NCBI RefSeq assembly: GCF_009914755.1
Contig: NC_060942.1
DNA from: the human T2T-CHM13v2.0 reference genome, Homo sapiens
DNA length: 64,000 nucleotides
Strand: one strand, 5' to 3'
Under the pieces are notes generated by a model. It worked only from the letters and a program-made list of their open reading frames with translations, did not search any database and was not told where the DNA came from. The stretch's first letter is position 1; every line of letters starts with the position of its first letter. This document shows, in pieces, positions 17,864 through 46,059 of this stretch. Position numbers and translations under genes: made by a program.

Positions 17864-18834
17864 TGCACAACTGTAGGCCGGGTTCTCAAGCTCGCCCTTA
17901 GCAGAGCAGAGCTGAGAGCCACCTACTAGCGGCAGGTGGAGCCTCGAGACGGGTGCTGTCGTGGTGATGGAGGCGCACGCTCGCTTCCCACGCAGTTTGG
18001 CCTTTTTGACGTCCCTGGCTGTTGTGGGCAACCGATTTGGTTGGTCGCGCTGCTTCCTACGCTCGCCGGCGGAGCAGCTAGTGGCACCTGCTCGGAGAGA
18101 GGGAGTGGATCTCTCGGAAGTGCTTGGGGTTTCGCTGAAGCGGACCTGAACAGACCATGTGTCCTTTAAATACAGCCATGCTTTTAGAAACGGACTGTCA
18201 CTTTATGTGGACTCAACCATTGAACAGAATGTGTGCTTTTGTGAGTGCTGCAATTCCTTCAAGTGTAATTGCGCTACTGCATTTTTGTTGGTCGCAGGGA
18301 AGGGGTGTGCCTGCAAATGTCCGCGTGGTTCGTCCTCAGCCTCTTCCTTTTTACACTGTGCTAGGATGTTTACTTGCTTGTGGTGGAGGTAGGGGAAGCC
18401 AGTATTTGTGTACTGTGTACTGTCCTGAACCGGCTTTCATTCCTAACTTTTCAAAGATTGCTTTAAAGGGGGGGGGGCGCGGGGCAAATATTGTTTTAAA
18501 GGGGGGGACGGGGTGAGGTCAATGGTGTGTGCCTTGTAAGTAGAAATGAATGAAAGGAATTTTACTAATGTGTCACTCAATTGTTTGAGCTCCTTCTGTT
18601 TTGCATGCCAAAAATATAAGGCAAGGAAAAATGTATCATTCTATCATGATTTTATGGTGCTCTAATTAAAGGTGTCTTCCCCAACGTCAATGTCTCAAAT
18701 TTTTCGACTTCTTGACACCCTCAGGTTTTCACTAAGGTAATAATTTATGACAAGTAAGATGTGTGCTTCTCATGTAAGTTGATAAATGGGAGGTAGGAAG
18801 GCACAGTAGGACATATTGATGACATGCCTTGGCT

Positions 18835-19402
18835 ACAGATTAATTTATAAGAGAGTCCATCACTTTAGGAGATTTATTTGCCGAAGTTAAGTACGAGCCC
18901 AGGAAACAGGTCTATGCCTTTCTTCGAAGATGATTTTGAGTGCTCCAAATTTAAAGGGGAAAGGGCGGGATATTGAGAAGCACACCGTTTTCATGTAAGG
19001 GGGCGGTAGGAGAAAATAGTAATTCTTGCCTTTCTCTGGCTCAGTGAATCTGCATTTTTTACATAAGATGACATAAAATGGGCAGAGGAAGAATGTGGGA
19101 GTCTGCATTTTTCATAAGATAACAGACAAAATGGGGTAGGGGAACAATCAGATAGGCATTTGTGTCTGGCGGGCTGGGGTGGCCACCTGTAAAGATAAGC
19201 TATCAATTTGCATTGCCATGAAGTTTTAACAGCACACTAAGAATTTCCTTGTGGGCAAAATATGGGGGAGAGATGTAGCTTTTCATCTTGCAGCAATCTT
19301 ATTTAGGAACCAAAAGGGGGAGGCAGATTTGCGTGACCAGTCCCAGCGTGACTTTTCCCTTTGGCTAAATCAGTTTGGGGTCCCAAAATTTAATTTCCTT
19401 TT
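18835..19402 (-). mobile_element. ERV1 solo LTR, MER4 group (MER83-like)
   Basis: The minus strand begins aaaaggaaattaaattttgggaccccaaactgatttagccaaagggaaaagtc, typical of a MER4-group LTR start. Subfamily uncertain. Confidence 0.65.
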
Positions 19403-19659
19403 GCAAGAGATAACATGTTACACACAATCCCTTTTCAATGCTTCTGATTCACTTCCTTACCCTTTATAATGTGAGAATCTCACATAATTTAGTGTGACTC
19501 AAGTTATAAGATACATTTTTTATAACAGGACTCCCAAATGCAAACATACTATTTATCTAGTACTCTAAAAAGTTTCAAAGGCCATTTATTTTTATGCTGA
19601 AAGTAAAAACAGCTGAATTAGACTCTTTGAAAAGGACTTTCAATGGTAATTTAGCCAAA

Positions 19660-20025
19660 ATAGATTTTTCTGAGATATAATTCACATGCCATAATATTTA
19701 CCCCTTCAGATGAGTGTACAATTCATTGGTTTTCAGTTTATTCCAAAAGTTGTGCAACCATTACTACTATCTAATTCCAGAACATGTTCATCCCAAAAAG
19801 AAGGCTTGTACAGGCTTTTATCATTCTGCACCCTGCCATGCCCTCCAACTCCTGGCAATCACTAATCTACTTTCTGTCTGTGTAGATTTACCTATTCTGG
19901 ACATTTCATATAAGTGAAATTATACAATATGTGGCCTTTGTACACATATTACTTCACTCATCAATATATTTTAAAGGTTCATCCATGTTGTAACATGAAT
20001 CATTACTTCATTCCTTTTTATGGCT
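19660..20025 (-). mobile_element. Old L1 (L1MB-like) 3' fragment
   Basis: tgagatataattcacatgccataat...cctattctggacatttcatataagtgaaattatacaatatgtggcc is typical antisense L1M 3'UTR. Confidence 0.7.
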
Positions 20026-20356
20026 GAGCCTAAATGGATTTTTGTCTTATGCATTGACTTTGCAGTTGTTGTTTTTTTTTTAATATATAGAGATGAGGGC
20101 TCACTGTATTGCCCAGGCTGGCCTCAAACTCTGGGCTCTGGTGATCCTTCTGCCTCAGCCTCCCAAAATGCTGGGATTGCAGGTGTGAGCCACCACACCC
20201 AGCCTGACTTCACAATCTAATACCACACCCATACACAGTGTTTCCAGTGAGTAACTTCACTGTGTAAATCTAATTCTTTCGTAGTCTATCCTGGTCTCTT
20301 CTTTCTTTTGACAAGGTACTGTTTGAACTGTGGAAACACCTTAAAGGAGATGATAC

Positions 20357-22079
<1,723 letters not shown>

Positions 22080-22686
22080 ATATTTACTGTGACCATAGTA
22101 GCAGACCTTTTAGTCAGGATTCTTTCAATGTCAAAACAAAGCAAATTAGGCCAGGCACACAGTGGCTCATGCCTGTAATCCCAGCACTTTTGGAGGCCGA
22201 GGCAGGCAAATCATCTGAGGTCAGGAGTTCGAGACCAGCCTGGCCAACATGGTGAAACCCGTCCCTACCAAAAATACAAAAATTGGCCAGGCATAGTGGC
22301 ATGTACCTGTAGTCTAAGCTACTTGGGAGGCTGAGAATCGCTTGAACCTGGGAGGTGGAGGTTGCAGTGAGCCAAGATCACTCCCGCCTGGGCAATACAG
22401 CAAGACTCCATCTCAAAAACAAAAAAGGCAAATTAAATTTATACTAACGTCAGCAAACTAGAGAATTTAATGGCTCATGTAACTACAGGTAGAGATGGGA
22501 TAAAGGTCACAGGAAAGAAGGAAGAGCTGCAAAAATAATGGCTTCAAGGACCAAAGGCCAGGATTTGTTACCAGCAAGTCCCTCTATCTCTAATTTCTAA
22601 TTCTGTTAGGCTTCGTTTTTCAGGAAGCCTCTGTCTACATGATAGGGTTTGCCCACATCCCCAGATCATATTGTTGAGGCTCAGAA

Positions 22687-24861
<2,175 letters not shown>

Positions 24862-25609
24862 AGAAACCAGTATCTCAAAATAAGGTGTTTTGACCTGCTG
24901 AACTGAAGAAGCTGCAAGATCTGTTTGACCCACCCTCCCCCATTGAAGTTGAAGTTCTTTATTTACCTAAGATCCAGACCTACCAAGGAAAACTATAATT
25001 TTTTTCTCCCCCTCCCTGTAATCTCATCTATTGTAGAAAATAAGACCAAGATGTACCCACAGCTGAACAGACTCTTTCACAAGTATAATGACTGTCTCCA
25101 AGGATCATTTGCATTTCAAAAAGAACTCTTTACACATTAATTTCTGTTTCCTGATCCAGTCCTTCTCCCCAGTAATCATTTATTGCCCCTCAACAGAATT
25201 CTTGTCCTCACTCCCATAACCTGTTTTGCAAGGATCTAATGCTCCCATTCTTTCTGTAGCCTCACGATGGTATATAATTAGCTGGTGTGGTGATTCTTGC
25301 CTGTTGTCCTAGCTACTCAGGAGGCTTGGGCAAGAGAAACACTTCAGCTCAGGAGTTCAAGGCTACAGTGAGGTGTGAGCCTGCTACTGTACTCCAGCCT
25401 GAGCAACAGAGCCAGACCCCATCTCTATTTAAAAAAAAAAAAAGAGATGGTATATAAGTTTCTGTAACTGAGGGGTTGAGTGGTCATTCTGAAGGCTCCC
25501 ACGTACGCATGTTAAATACATTTGTATGTTAGCCAGGCAGTGACTCATGGCTGTAGTCCCAGCGTTTTGGGAGGCTGAGGCAAGGGCTTCACATGAGCCC
25601 AAGAGTTCA

Positions 25610-25864
<255 letters not shown>

Positions 25865-25981
25865 TCAACCTGCCTCATGTCAGTGATTTTCAGTGAACCT
25901 CCAGGGGTCCTGGAAAGGATCAATATACCAATCCCAGGGAATGCCTCTGATTTTCCCTGCTTGTATCACATGCCTTTCCCT

Positions 25982-26949
<968 letters not shown>

Positions 26950-27714
26950 CCCTGAACCAATCGATTTCCAGGTAAATGGGCGATATTACCAGCCAGGCAT
27001 AGGTCATATTTCCATTCCTGTAGGCGGGGAGATAGAAACTATGATGAGTAAAATGGGAATGGGAAAGTTCACTGGCTAAACAAAAACAATACCCATCATA
27101 TACCACAAACTACCCATTGGCTTCTCAGCATTCACACATACCCTTCTTCTCATATATATGATTCCAAGAATGCTGCTAACTAGTAATTATCCCCTTTAAA
27201 ACTGAAAATAGGCTTATCATGCATCCAAAGGAAAACAAGCAAAAAATCACATCCAGCCAGGCACAGTGGCTCAGGCCTGTAATCCCAGCTCTTTGGGAGG
27301 CCGAGGCAGGCAGATCACAAGGTCAGGAATTTGAGACCAGACTGACCAACATGGTGAAACCCCATCCCTACTAAAAATACATCTACATCTCTACTAAAAA
27401 TACAAAAATTAGGCTGGGCTCGGTGGCTCACGCCTGTAATCCCAGCATTTTGGGAGGCCAAGGTGGGCAGATCACAATGTCAGGAATTCGAGACCAGACC
27501 AACATGATGAAACCCCATCTGACTAAAAATACAAAAATTAGGCCGGGCTCGGTGGCTCATGCCTGTAATCCCAGCACTTTGGGAAGCCGAGGCAGGTGGA
27601 TCATGAGGTCAGGAGTTGGAGACCAGCCTGACCAACATGGCGAAACCCTGTCTCTACTAAAAATACAAAAATTAGCTGGACGTGGTGGTGTGCACCTGTA
27701 ATCCCAGCTACTTA

Positions 27715-27816
<102 letters not shown>

Positions 27817-28480
27817 TCAAAAAAAAAAAAAAAAAAAAGTCACCACGCACAGTTCCAAAGCAAGGGATCTCTTGAGGGTGTGTGCTCTTCTTGGTCAGGT
27901 CTTCATGGTCCTATTTCAAATGACTAAATTTTAAATAAAAACAACCCCATTTCATCTCAATCCAGACCTTAAAAATAAAAAAAATTAAAACAACCCCAGT
28001 CAACAATGAAAGAATACAGGACAATCTTTTAATACCATATTTTAAAGGAAAGACAATTTACAATGGCCACTGGACAAGGACAGCAAAAATTCATTCTCCA
28101 GTCAGTGGAATGAATCTTGTGGTCAAACTGATCTACTTCCAGTCCTGCTTGCTAGGAGGATATCCCTTAGTCAATATCCTCTAAGGCCATTCCTAAGAGA
28201 GATGAAAAAGGCAGAGATAGAATATTCTCTTGATTCTGCACCTACTTCTTGTTTGCAAAACTATAAGGACTTGGGAATGATCATAAAGTATTTTCTAGAG
28301 GAGTTGGAGACAAAAATCAATAAGGAACAAATCTTTCTAGCTTATTGGTCTACCATCGTCTAAGATGTTATCCGCTTCTACAGGATTAAAGCTGAGTCAC
28401 TGCCCCATCTGCTTTCTGGCCTGCAGGAATAGGGAAAAGAGAATGAAAAAGTACATGTCTAATGGTTTAAAGTCAAATCA

Positions 28481-28812
<332 letters not shown>

Positions 28813-29272
28813 TCATAGAAATGCCATTCAATAACTTCAGTCAATCCCACTGGCCCCATTGAGTCTCATGGACACACCTATCTCAAAAATAGGCTGGAAA
28901 ACATAGGCGCAAGGATTCTGTTGCTAAAGGAAGAGGAGTAGAATGAATGTGGGATAATAGTGATCTCCACCACACTTTATCAGGAATGAGGTACCCAGCA
29001 AGAGGTATTTCCCTGGGGTCTGGGATATCACATTACTTGTCTGTGTCTCTGAATCATCTGGCATTGGGCCCTGCTTGCATCACATGCCCTTTGGACAATT
29101 TATCACGTCCAGTAAAAGTGAGAACCTATGATTACCCAGGTTTGGTCATGTGCCAGCCTTCAAGGCCAAGAGGACAGGGTCTGTCACTAAAAGAGAGGAA
29201 GCTTGCTGGACAAATTAATAACAAAAGCACAAGCAATTAAGGACGTCTTTTCCCAGTACTGAAGATGAAACT

Positions 29273-30027
<755 letters not shown>

Positions 30028-30292
30028 TGAGCTCAGGCAATCTGCCTGCCTCAGCCACCCAAAGTGCTAGGATTACAGGTGTGAGCCACTGCTCCTGGCC
30101 TGAGTCTAGCATTCTTTATCTTTAAGCTTAGAAAGTTGGGACTAGATTTCTTGTATTCATTTACATGTGAAGCTCTGAGTCTGTCATTCTTTTCTTCAAA
30201 AAAAAAATTATCTTCTTCCTAGATCAACACCAACCAGATATTATTCCCGCTATTTTTTTTTTTTTTTTTTTTTTTTTTGAGACAGAGTTTAG

Positions 30293-30439
<147 letters not shown>

Positions 30440-31024
30440 TAGTAGAGGCGGAGTTTCTCCATGTTGGTCAGGCTGGTCTTGAACTCCCGACCTCAAGTGA
30501 TCCATCCACCTCAGCCTCCCAAAGTGCTGGGATTACAGGTGTGAGCCACTGTGCCCAGCCCAGCTTTTTGTATTTTTATTACAGATGGGGGTTTCTCCAT
30601 GTTGGGCAGGCTGGTCTCGAACTCCTGACCTAGGGTGATCCGCCAGCCTCTGCCTCCCAAAGTGCTGGGATTACAGGCATGAGCCACCGCGCCGGCCAAT
30701 AACTGTACATTTTAAACTAAAGAGTGTAGCCTGGGCACGGTGGCTCATGCCTATAATCCTAGCACTTTGGGAGGCTTACATGGGTGGATCACCTGAGGTC
30801 AGGAGTTCGAGACCAGCCTGGCCAACATGGTGAAACCCTGTCTCTACCAAAAATATAAAAAATTAGCCAGATGTGGTGGCAAGTGCCTGTAATCCCAGCT
30901 ACTTGGGAGCCTGAGGCAGGAGAATGCGCTTGAACCCGGGGGGCTGAGGTTGCAGTGAGCCGAGATGGTGCCACTTCATTGCAGCCTAGGTGACAGAGCG
31001 AGACTTTGTCTCCAAATAAATAAA

Positions 31025-31165
31025 TAAAATAGTATAATTGGTTTGTTTGAGGGAATGGATACCCCATTCTTCATGATGTGCTTATTTCACATTGCATGTC
31101 AGTATCAAAACATTTCATGTACCCCATAAATGTATACACTTATGTACCCACAAAAATAAAAACTA
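31025..31165 (+). mobile_element. L1MA-like 3' end fragment
   Basis: ggataccccattcttcatgatgtgcttatttcacattgcatg...gtacccacaaaaataaaa. Confidence 0.7.
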
Positions 31166-31184
31166 ATCAATAGAAAAAAGAATG

Positions 31185-32508
<1,324 letters not shown>

Positions 32509-32997
32509 TATATATATGTGTGTGTGTATATATATGTGTATATATATATTTATATATATAATCCTTTAATATGTTGTTGGATTAAATTTACTAATATTTT
32601 GTAAATAATTTTTGAGTATGAGGGATATTAGCATATTATATAATTTATGAGGAATATTGGCATATTATTTTATTTATTTAATTTTGTAATATATTTGTCT
32701 AGTTTGTGGTTATTATGGCCACATAAAACAAATTGAGTAGCCAGGTGCAGTGGCTCACGTGTGTAATCCTAGCCCTTTGGAAGACCGAGGTGAGCCCAGG
32801 AGTTTTAGACTCCTGCTTGAGCCCAGGAGTTTTAGACCAGCCTGGGCAACATGGCAAGACCTAGTCTCTACAAAAAAATTTAAAAAATTAGCCAGGCCTG
32901 GTGGTGCACGTCTGTGGTCCCAGCTTCTCAGGAGGTTGAGGCAGGATGATGGCTTGAGCCCAGGAGGTCAAGGCTCCAGTGAGCTGTGTTCACACTA

Positions 32998-33111
<114 letters not shown>

Positions 33112-33172
33112 TCACCTGAGGTCAGGAGTTCAAGACCAGCCTGGCCAACATGGTGAAACCCCATTTCTATTA

Positions 33173-33283
<111 letters not shown>

Positions 33284-34005
33284 CTAGATTGCGCCATTGC
33301 ACTCCAGCCTGGGCAACAAGAGCAAAACTCCATCTAAAAAAAACAAAACAAAAAAGAAAGAAAGAACAAAAAACAAATTGGGGTTGAGCTCAGTGGCTCA
33401 CTCTTGTAATCCCAGCACTTTGGGAGGTCAAGACAGGAGGATCACTTGAGCTTAGGAGTTTGAGACCAGTCTGGGCAACAGACGGAGACCCCATCTCTAA
33501 AAATGAGGAGTTGTTCTTTTCTCCTCTTTTTTTGAAAGAGTTTATATATGATTGATGTTATTTATTTCCTGAATATTTAAAAATTTTCAGCACTGAAACT
33601 GGGGTTTCTTCATGGAAATATTTTTTTCTTTTTTGAGACAGGGTTTTGTTTTGTTTTGTTTGTTTTGAGACAGAGTTTCACTCTTGTCACTCAGGCTGGA
33701 GGGCAATGGCACAATCTCAGCTCACTACAACCTCTACCTCCCAGGCTCAATCTATTCTACTGCCTTAGCCCCCCAAGTAGCTAAGTACCAAGGACCACAG
33801 GTACCCACTGCCACGCCCGGTTAATTTTTGTATTTTCTGTAGAGATGGGGTGTCACCATGTTGCCCAGGCTGGTCTTGAACCCCTGGGCTCAAGCCATTG
33901 ACCCACTTTGGCCACCCAAAGTGCTGGGATTACAGGCGTGAGCCTCTGTGCCTGGCCTCTTTATTTATTTTTAATAATGTCAATACTCTTAAAATATAAA
34001 AGCTG

Positions 34006-36030
34006 CCCTCTCCCTCTCCCTCTCCCTCTCCCTCTCCCTCTCCCTCTCCCTCTCCCTCCTCTCCCTCTCCCCACGGTCTCCCTCTCCCTCTCTTTCCACG
34101 GTCTCCCTCTGATGCTGAGCTGAAGCTGGACTGTACTGCTGCCATCTTGGCTCACTGCAACCTCCCTGCCTGATTCTCCTGCCTCAGCCTGCCGAGTGCC
34201 TGCGATTGCAGGCGCGTGCCGCCACGCCTGACTGGTTTTCGTATTTTTTTGGTGGAGACGGGGTTTCGCTGTGTTGGCCGGGCTGGCCTCCAGCTCCTAA
34301 CCGCTAGTGATCCGCCAGCCTCGGCCTCCGGAGGTGCCAGGATTGCAGACGGTGTCTGGTTCACTCAGTGCTCAATGGTGCCCAGGCTGGAGTGCAGTGG
34401 CGTGATCTCGGCTCGCTACAACCTCCACCTCCCAGCCGCCTGCCTTGGCCTCCCAAAGTGCCCAGAGTGCAGCCTCTGCCCGGCCGCCACCCCATCTAGG
34501 AAGTGAGGAGCGTCTCTGCCTGGCCGCCCATCGTCTGGGATGTTAGGAGCCCCTCTGCCTGGCTGCCCAGTCTGGAAAGTGAGGAGCGTCTCTGCTCGGC
34601 TGCCATCCCATCTAGGAAGTGAGGAGCGCCTCTTCCCGGCCGCCATCCCATCTAGGAAGTGAGGAGCGTCTCTGCCCGGCCGGCCATCGTCTGAGATGTG
34701 GGGAGTGCCTTTGCCCCGCCGCCCCGTCTGGGATGTGAGGAGCGCCTCTGCCCAGCCGCCCCATCTGAGAAGGGAGGAGACCCTCCGCCTGGCAACCGCC
34801 CCATCTGAGAAGTGAGGAGACCCTCCACCCGGCAGCCGCCCCGTCTGAGAAGTGAGGAGCCCCTCTGCCCGGCAGCCACCCCGTCTGGGAAGTGAGGAGC
34901 GTCTCTGCCCGGCAGCTGCCCCGTCCGGGAGGGAGGTGGGGGTCAGCCCCCGCCCGGCCAGCCGCCCCGTCCGGGAGGGAGGTGGGGGGGTCAGCCCCCC
35001 GCCCGGCCAGCCGCCCCGTCCGGGAGGGAGGTGGGGGGTCAGCCCCCCGCCCGGCCAGCCGCCTCGTCCGGGAGGGAGGTGGGGGGGTCAGCCCCCCGCC
35101 CGGCCAGCCGCCTCGTCCGGGAGGTTAGGGGCGCCTCTGCCCGGCGGCCCCTACTGGGAAGTGAGGAGCCCCTCTGCCCGGCCAGCCGCCCCGTCCGGGA
35201 GGGAGGTGGGGGGGTCAGCCCCCCGCCCGGCCAGCCGCCCCGTCCGGGAGGTGAGGGGCGCCTCTGCCCGGCCGCCCCTACTGGGAAGTGCGGAGCCCCT
35301 CTGCCCTGCCAGCCACCTCATCCGGGAGGGGGGTGGGGGGGTCAGCCCCCCGCCCGGCCAGCCGCCCCGTCCGGGAGGGAGGTGGGGGGGTCAGCCCCTT
35401 GCCCGGCCAGCCGCCCCACCCGGGAGGTGAGGGGCGCCTCTGCCCAGCCGCCCCTACTGGGAAGTGAGGAGCCCCTCTGCCCGGCCACCACCCCATCTGG
35501 GAGGTGTGCCCAACAGCTCATTGAGAACGGGCCATGATGACAATGGTGGTTTTGTGGAATAGAAAGCTGGGAAAGGTGGGGAAAAGATTGAGAAATCAGA
35601 TGGTTGCCGTGTCTGTGTGGAAAGAAGTAGACATGGGAGACTTTTCATTTTGTTCTGTACTAAGAAAAATTCTTCTGCCTTGGGATCCTGTTGATCTGTG
35701 ACCTTACCCCCGAACCCTGTGCTCTCTGAAACATGTGCTGTGTCCACTCAGGGTTAAATGGATTAAGGGCAGTGCAAGATGTGTTTTGTTAAACAGATGC
35801 TTGAAGGCAGCATGCTCATTAAGAGTCATCACCACTCCCTAATCTCAAGTACCCAGGGACACAAACACTGTGGAAGGCCTCAGGGTCCTCTGCCTAGGAA
35901 AACCAGAGACCTTTGTTCACTTGTTTATCTGCTGACCTTCCCTCCGCTATTGTCCTATGACCCTGCCAAATCCCTCTCTGTGAGAAACACCCAAGAATGA
36001 TCAATAAAAATAAAAATTAAAAAAATATAT
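34006..36030 (+). mobile_element. Full-length SVA retrotransposon (probably SVA_C/D)
   Basis: (CCCTCT)n head, antisense Alu-like region, GC-rich VNTR at about 34470-35510, SINE-R, AATAAA at 36003 and A-rich tail. TSD ATATAAAAGCTG at 33994-34005 and 36031-36042. Confidence 0.97.
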
Positions 36031-36494
36031 ATATAAAAGCTGAATTTAGATAGAAGTTATGCTATCACATGAAATGACAGGAGCTAGGGTTCTTTTTTTT
36101 TTTTTTTGAAACAGGGTCTCGCTCTGCCACCCAGCCTGCAGTGCAGTGGCACAATCACAGCTTATTGCAGCCTAAACTTCCCAGGCTCAAGTGATCCTCC
36201 CACCTTATCCACCTTACCCTCCCAAGTAGCTGGAACTACACAGGCACCACCATACCCAGCTAATTTTTCTTCTTTCTTTCTTTTTTTTCTTTTCTTTTCT
36301 TTTTTTTTTTTTTGAGACACAGGGTCTCCTTATGTTGTGTGGCCTGGTCTCAAACCTCTGGGTTCAAGCACTCCTCCCACCTCAGCCTCCCATCGTGCTG
36401 GAATTACAGGCATGAGTCATCACACTCGGCCTAGGGTTCTTATTTTTGGGTAAAATGCCTTCACAGCACTTCCTATTATCAGTTTTAAAGATCA

Positions 36495-38679
<2,185 letters not shown>

Positions 38680-38792
38680 AAAGATCAACAGTGATTCTCC
38701 CTGGGTAGCCAATCGAGGTAGTTTGGATAATTTAGTTCTTTCTTTATCCACTTTTATTGCTGATCCTCTAGTTTCAAAAATAAGTAAATTTA

Positions 38793-38942
<150 letters not shown>

Positions 38943-39298
38943 TTAGCCTGGACGTGGTGGCTCACGCCTGTAATCCCGGCACTTTGGGAGGCCAACATGG
39001 ACAGATCACAAGGTCAGGAGTTCGAGACCAGCCTGGCCAATATGGTGAAACCCCATGTCTACTAAAAATACAAAAATTAGCTGGACGTGTGGCGGGCACC
39101 TGTAGTCCCAGCTACTTGGGAGGCTGAGGCAGGAGAATCACTTGAACCTGGGATGCGGAGGTTGCAAGTGAGCCGAGATTGCACCACTGCACTCCAGGCT
39201 GGGCAACAGATTGAGTCTCCGTCTCAAAAAAATAAGGCCAGGTGTGGTGGTTCACACCTGTAATCCCAGCACTTTAGGAGGCCAAGGCGGGGGGATCA

Positions 39299-39789
<491 letters not shown>

Positions 39790-39908
39790 TTAATTATTCT
39801 ACCTTGCCTGGGTGTGGATCCTATCTTAAAGTTGCTGGCACGGAAAAGCAAATGAGAGGTAAAATGACTCAATTCACTAAGATAAATTCACCTTGGACTT
39901 TAACTCAC

Positions 39909-40269
39909 TGTATTAGTCCGTTCTCACGCTGCTAATAAAGACATACCCTAGACTGGGTAATCTATAAAGGAAAGAAGTTTAATTGACTCACAGTTCCACA
40001 GGGCTGGGGAGGCCTCAGGAAACTTAAAATCGTGGTGGAAGGGGAAGCAAACATTTCCTTCTGTACATGGCAGCAGAAAGGAGAAGAAGAAGAAGGAAGC
40101 CACTTATAAAACCATCAGATCTCACGAGAACTGACTATCATGAGAACAGGATGGGGGAAACCATCCCCATGGGTCATTTATCTCCACCTTGTCCCTCCCA
40201 CACATGTGGCAATGATGCAAACTCTAATTCAAGATGATATTTGGGTTGGAACACATCCAAACCATATCA
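39909..40269 (-). mobile_element. THE1-type MaLR solo LTR
   Basis: tgtattagtccgttctcacgctgctaataaagacatacc...aaaccatatca, with a near-perfect 5-bp TSD ctcac/atcac. Confidence 0.88.
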
Positions 40270-40581
40270 ATCACTTTCCATTTAAAACTATGTTTATAAA
40301 GACACCAAAGGGAACAAAAGTATTAATAATATATGTAACCCAAAATAAGCTCTGGGTATTTATTTACTTTTGCTTGAAGATTATGGTTTACCTGTGTAAG
40401 CAATGCTCTAGAGATAATCAGACTATCAGAAGACGGAATCCCTATGCCAGTCTTCCTCATTCATTCCCTGGGCAAGTCCCTTAATCTACATATATCTAAA
40501 TTCTCTATTTTTTTAAAAAAAGATGATACATATCTAAATATTATATTTACTTTTGTCTATTAATTAAAATTCTGAAAACAG

Positions 40582-42674
<2,093 letters not shown>

Positions 42675-43346
42675 AAAATACTGAAAACAGTAAGAAGCAT
42701 ACTTTCTATAAAGGTCTAAGGTTCTAAAATTCTTTTTCTGTTCTTCAAACTCTGTGGTAAGTTAAGAAAACTGGTGAGGTGTGGTGACTTACACCTGTAA
42801 TCCTAGCACTTTGGGAGGCCGAGGCAGGTGGATCACCTGAGGCCTGGAGTTCGAGACCAGCCTGGCCAACGTGGTGAAACCTCGTTTCTACTAAAAATAC
42901 AAAAATTAGCTGGGTGTGGTGGCATGCGCCTATAATCCCAGCTACTTGGGAGGCTGAGGCAGGAGAATTGCTTAACCCAGGAAGCAGAGGGTGCAGTGGA
43001 GATTGCACCATTGCACTCCAGCCTGGGCAACAGGGCAAAAACTCTGTCTCAAAAAAAAAAAGAAGACTTTTGCTTAATTCTTAGAACTCCAAGTAGACAT
43101 CCTTGAATAATGATAGCTACCATTTACAGAGTGTTTACCTAAATCCAAGCAATATCAAAGTGTTCTACATGTATTGATTCATTGAAACTTCACAACAATT
43201 CTCAGAGGTAGGTCTTATTATTCACAACCGAGGAAACAAAGGCACAAAATTAATTGACTTCCCTCAGAAATCCCCTGTAGTAAGTGGCAGACTTAGAATT
43301 TAAACAGTATGGCTTGACTCCCTACTGTTACTTTTTTTTTTTTTAG

Positions 43347-43724
<378 letters not shown>

Positions 43725-44084
43725 TAAGTGGGTCTGAATATAATTCTTAATATGTATTTGAGAAATAATAGAGTTGGGATTTTCAGAGAAAGACCTTAAG
43801 TTGTAAGACTGTTAATTTGTGGCCATTAATATATATTCATTGTGATATATAATGAGAATGCTGTTTCTTTGGATATAGTTGAAGAGAGCTGGCCAGCTTT
43901 TGCATGCCCTGATAATCTGACCTTCTCTTGTCCAAAAATACACACCTTCTTTAGCACATTCCTTTATGTATGATTTTAAACTCCCTCTCCATTTTCCCAC
44001 TCTTCTATATGAATATTTTTGGGCCGGGCGCAGAGGCTCACGCCTGTAATCCCAGCACTTTGGGAAGCCGAGGTGGGTGGATCA

Positions 44085-44312
<228 letters not shown>

Positions 44313-45724
44313 TCACTCTGTCGCCCAGGCTGGAGTGCAATGGTGCCATGTTGCCATCTGGGATTACAGGCGTGAGCCACTGCACCCGGCCAAAGGCTTT
44401 TAGTTATTAATTTCAAAAATAATACTCAACATTTCTGCTTTAGTTTGAGGAATCACTGGCACAAGACCTAAAACTACATTAACATAAAGTTTATTAGAAT
44501 AAACCAGAATAAATATATAAAATGCATCCTAGACCCTTCATGCTTTTAAGCATTTGAGTGAGTGTCCTGACCAAACTCTCTTTGGACAATATTCTGCACC
44601 CACAGAATTACAAACTCTAACTTTCCAAACTACACAGTAGGCTAGAATGTGAGGTTGGGAACATGATCTTTGTATTAGTTATTGCAGGAGTAAAATGCAG
44701 ACAACATCACGGACACCCACTGAATTCACTGACCTTTAATGACATTTGATACTCTGAATTTGGCAGTCAGCAAGCAGGTTTGGGGCTTCAAAAAATTCAA
44801 GAAAATATTAACATTTCTACAATGTTATGTTTGGTTCCATAAAAAATGTGAAAGAATTTTGAAAAATATAAGATAGCATTGAGACAAAAAGTAGTAGTAT
44901 TACCATCATCAGAATCTGTTAAGTGTCTCCATTTTCAACATCAATAGATTGAAATCTGATTATACAATTCTCCTTTCATCCATCTAAGTGTCCTTCCAGA
45001 AAGGGAGAGACACTTGCTTTTTCCACAGTCTCCTTGCATGCATCTTTGCACAATCTCTGCTGCTCTGCTAAAGGTTCTAACCACCACTTTCTGTGACACC
45101 TGCCAGTCCTCCCCCTCTCCTGCTGATCTGCATCCTCCTACTTCTCTCCTCCCTGCCCCACCCCCACGTATGCATTGCCTGGATCCTATGACCCTCACAC
45201 TCATCCCTCACTCAGAGCAGTGCATCCGTGAGTAATACTTTCTAGAGGCACTCTGCCCATCCACTGGATGCGATATACATAGGATATGATTTCCATCCTC
45301 CTTCTGAAAGTCAGAGAGCACTTCCCAGGATGATTCTCTGAAAACTGATAGCAGGTTTTCTTCCAGAAAATTGCAGGACAGGTTGAACTCAATCTATTTA
45401 AAAAAAAAAATACACTTGAAGTTTCAATTTTTAAAAAGCTGGAAAGCTATATTTCTGGCTCTGTAAGTAATCCATATCTCTGAACTGTGTCCTTAAGGTC
45501 ATGAGATATTTTATAGTATTTATCCTTGGAAATATACATCAGAAATACGAATGAGATCAGGCACAACTTGCAATTAGTTAAGAGCAGTGAGTAACAGGGT
45601 TTCAAAGAAAATACCTAGGTTTATGTCAACTTATATAAGCTAAAGCTTTTCAAATGTATTGTAGAATTACAAATTGTGGCCTAAGTTTTCATCAGATTCT
45701 GAGTTTCACATTGACTAAAGATCA

Positions 45725-46059
<335 letters not shown>

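Larger units (their letters stand above)
16940..18150. promoter_or_regulatory. TRAPPC8: CpG-island promoter and 5'UTR of TRAPPC8
   Basis: High GC with undepleted CpG. Motifs: YY1 CCGCCATGTT 17614-17623, E-box TCACGTGAC 17681-17689, ETS CCGGAAGTG 17775-17783, GC boxes 17802-17863. No TATA box seen. Confidence 0.9.

Noticed and set aside
16717-18516. Overlapping ORFs around the CpG island, suggesting a divergent coding gene
   Set aside because: Stop-poor GC-rich sequence explains them. Only the TRAPPC8 frame has a recognisable product and splice donor.
34470-35537. Regularly repeated GC-rich units and Pro/Gly/Arg-rich ORFs, superficially like a CRISPR array or repeat protein
   Set aside because: This is the SVA VNTR. 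It has no unique spacers, no cas genes, and a primate context.
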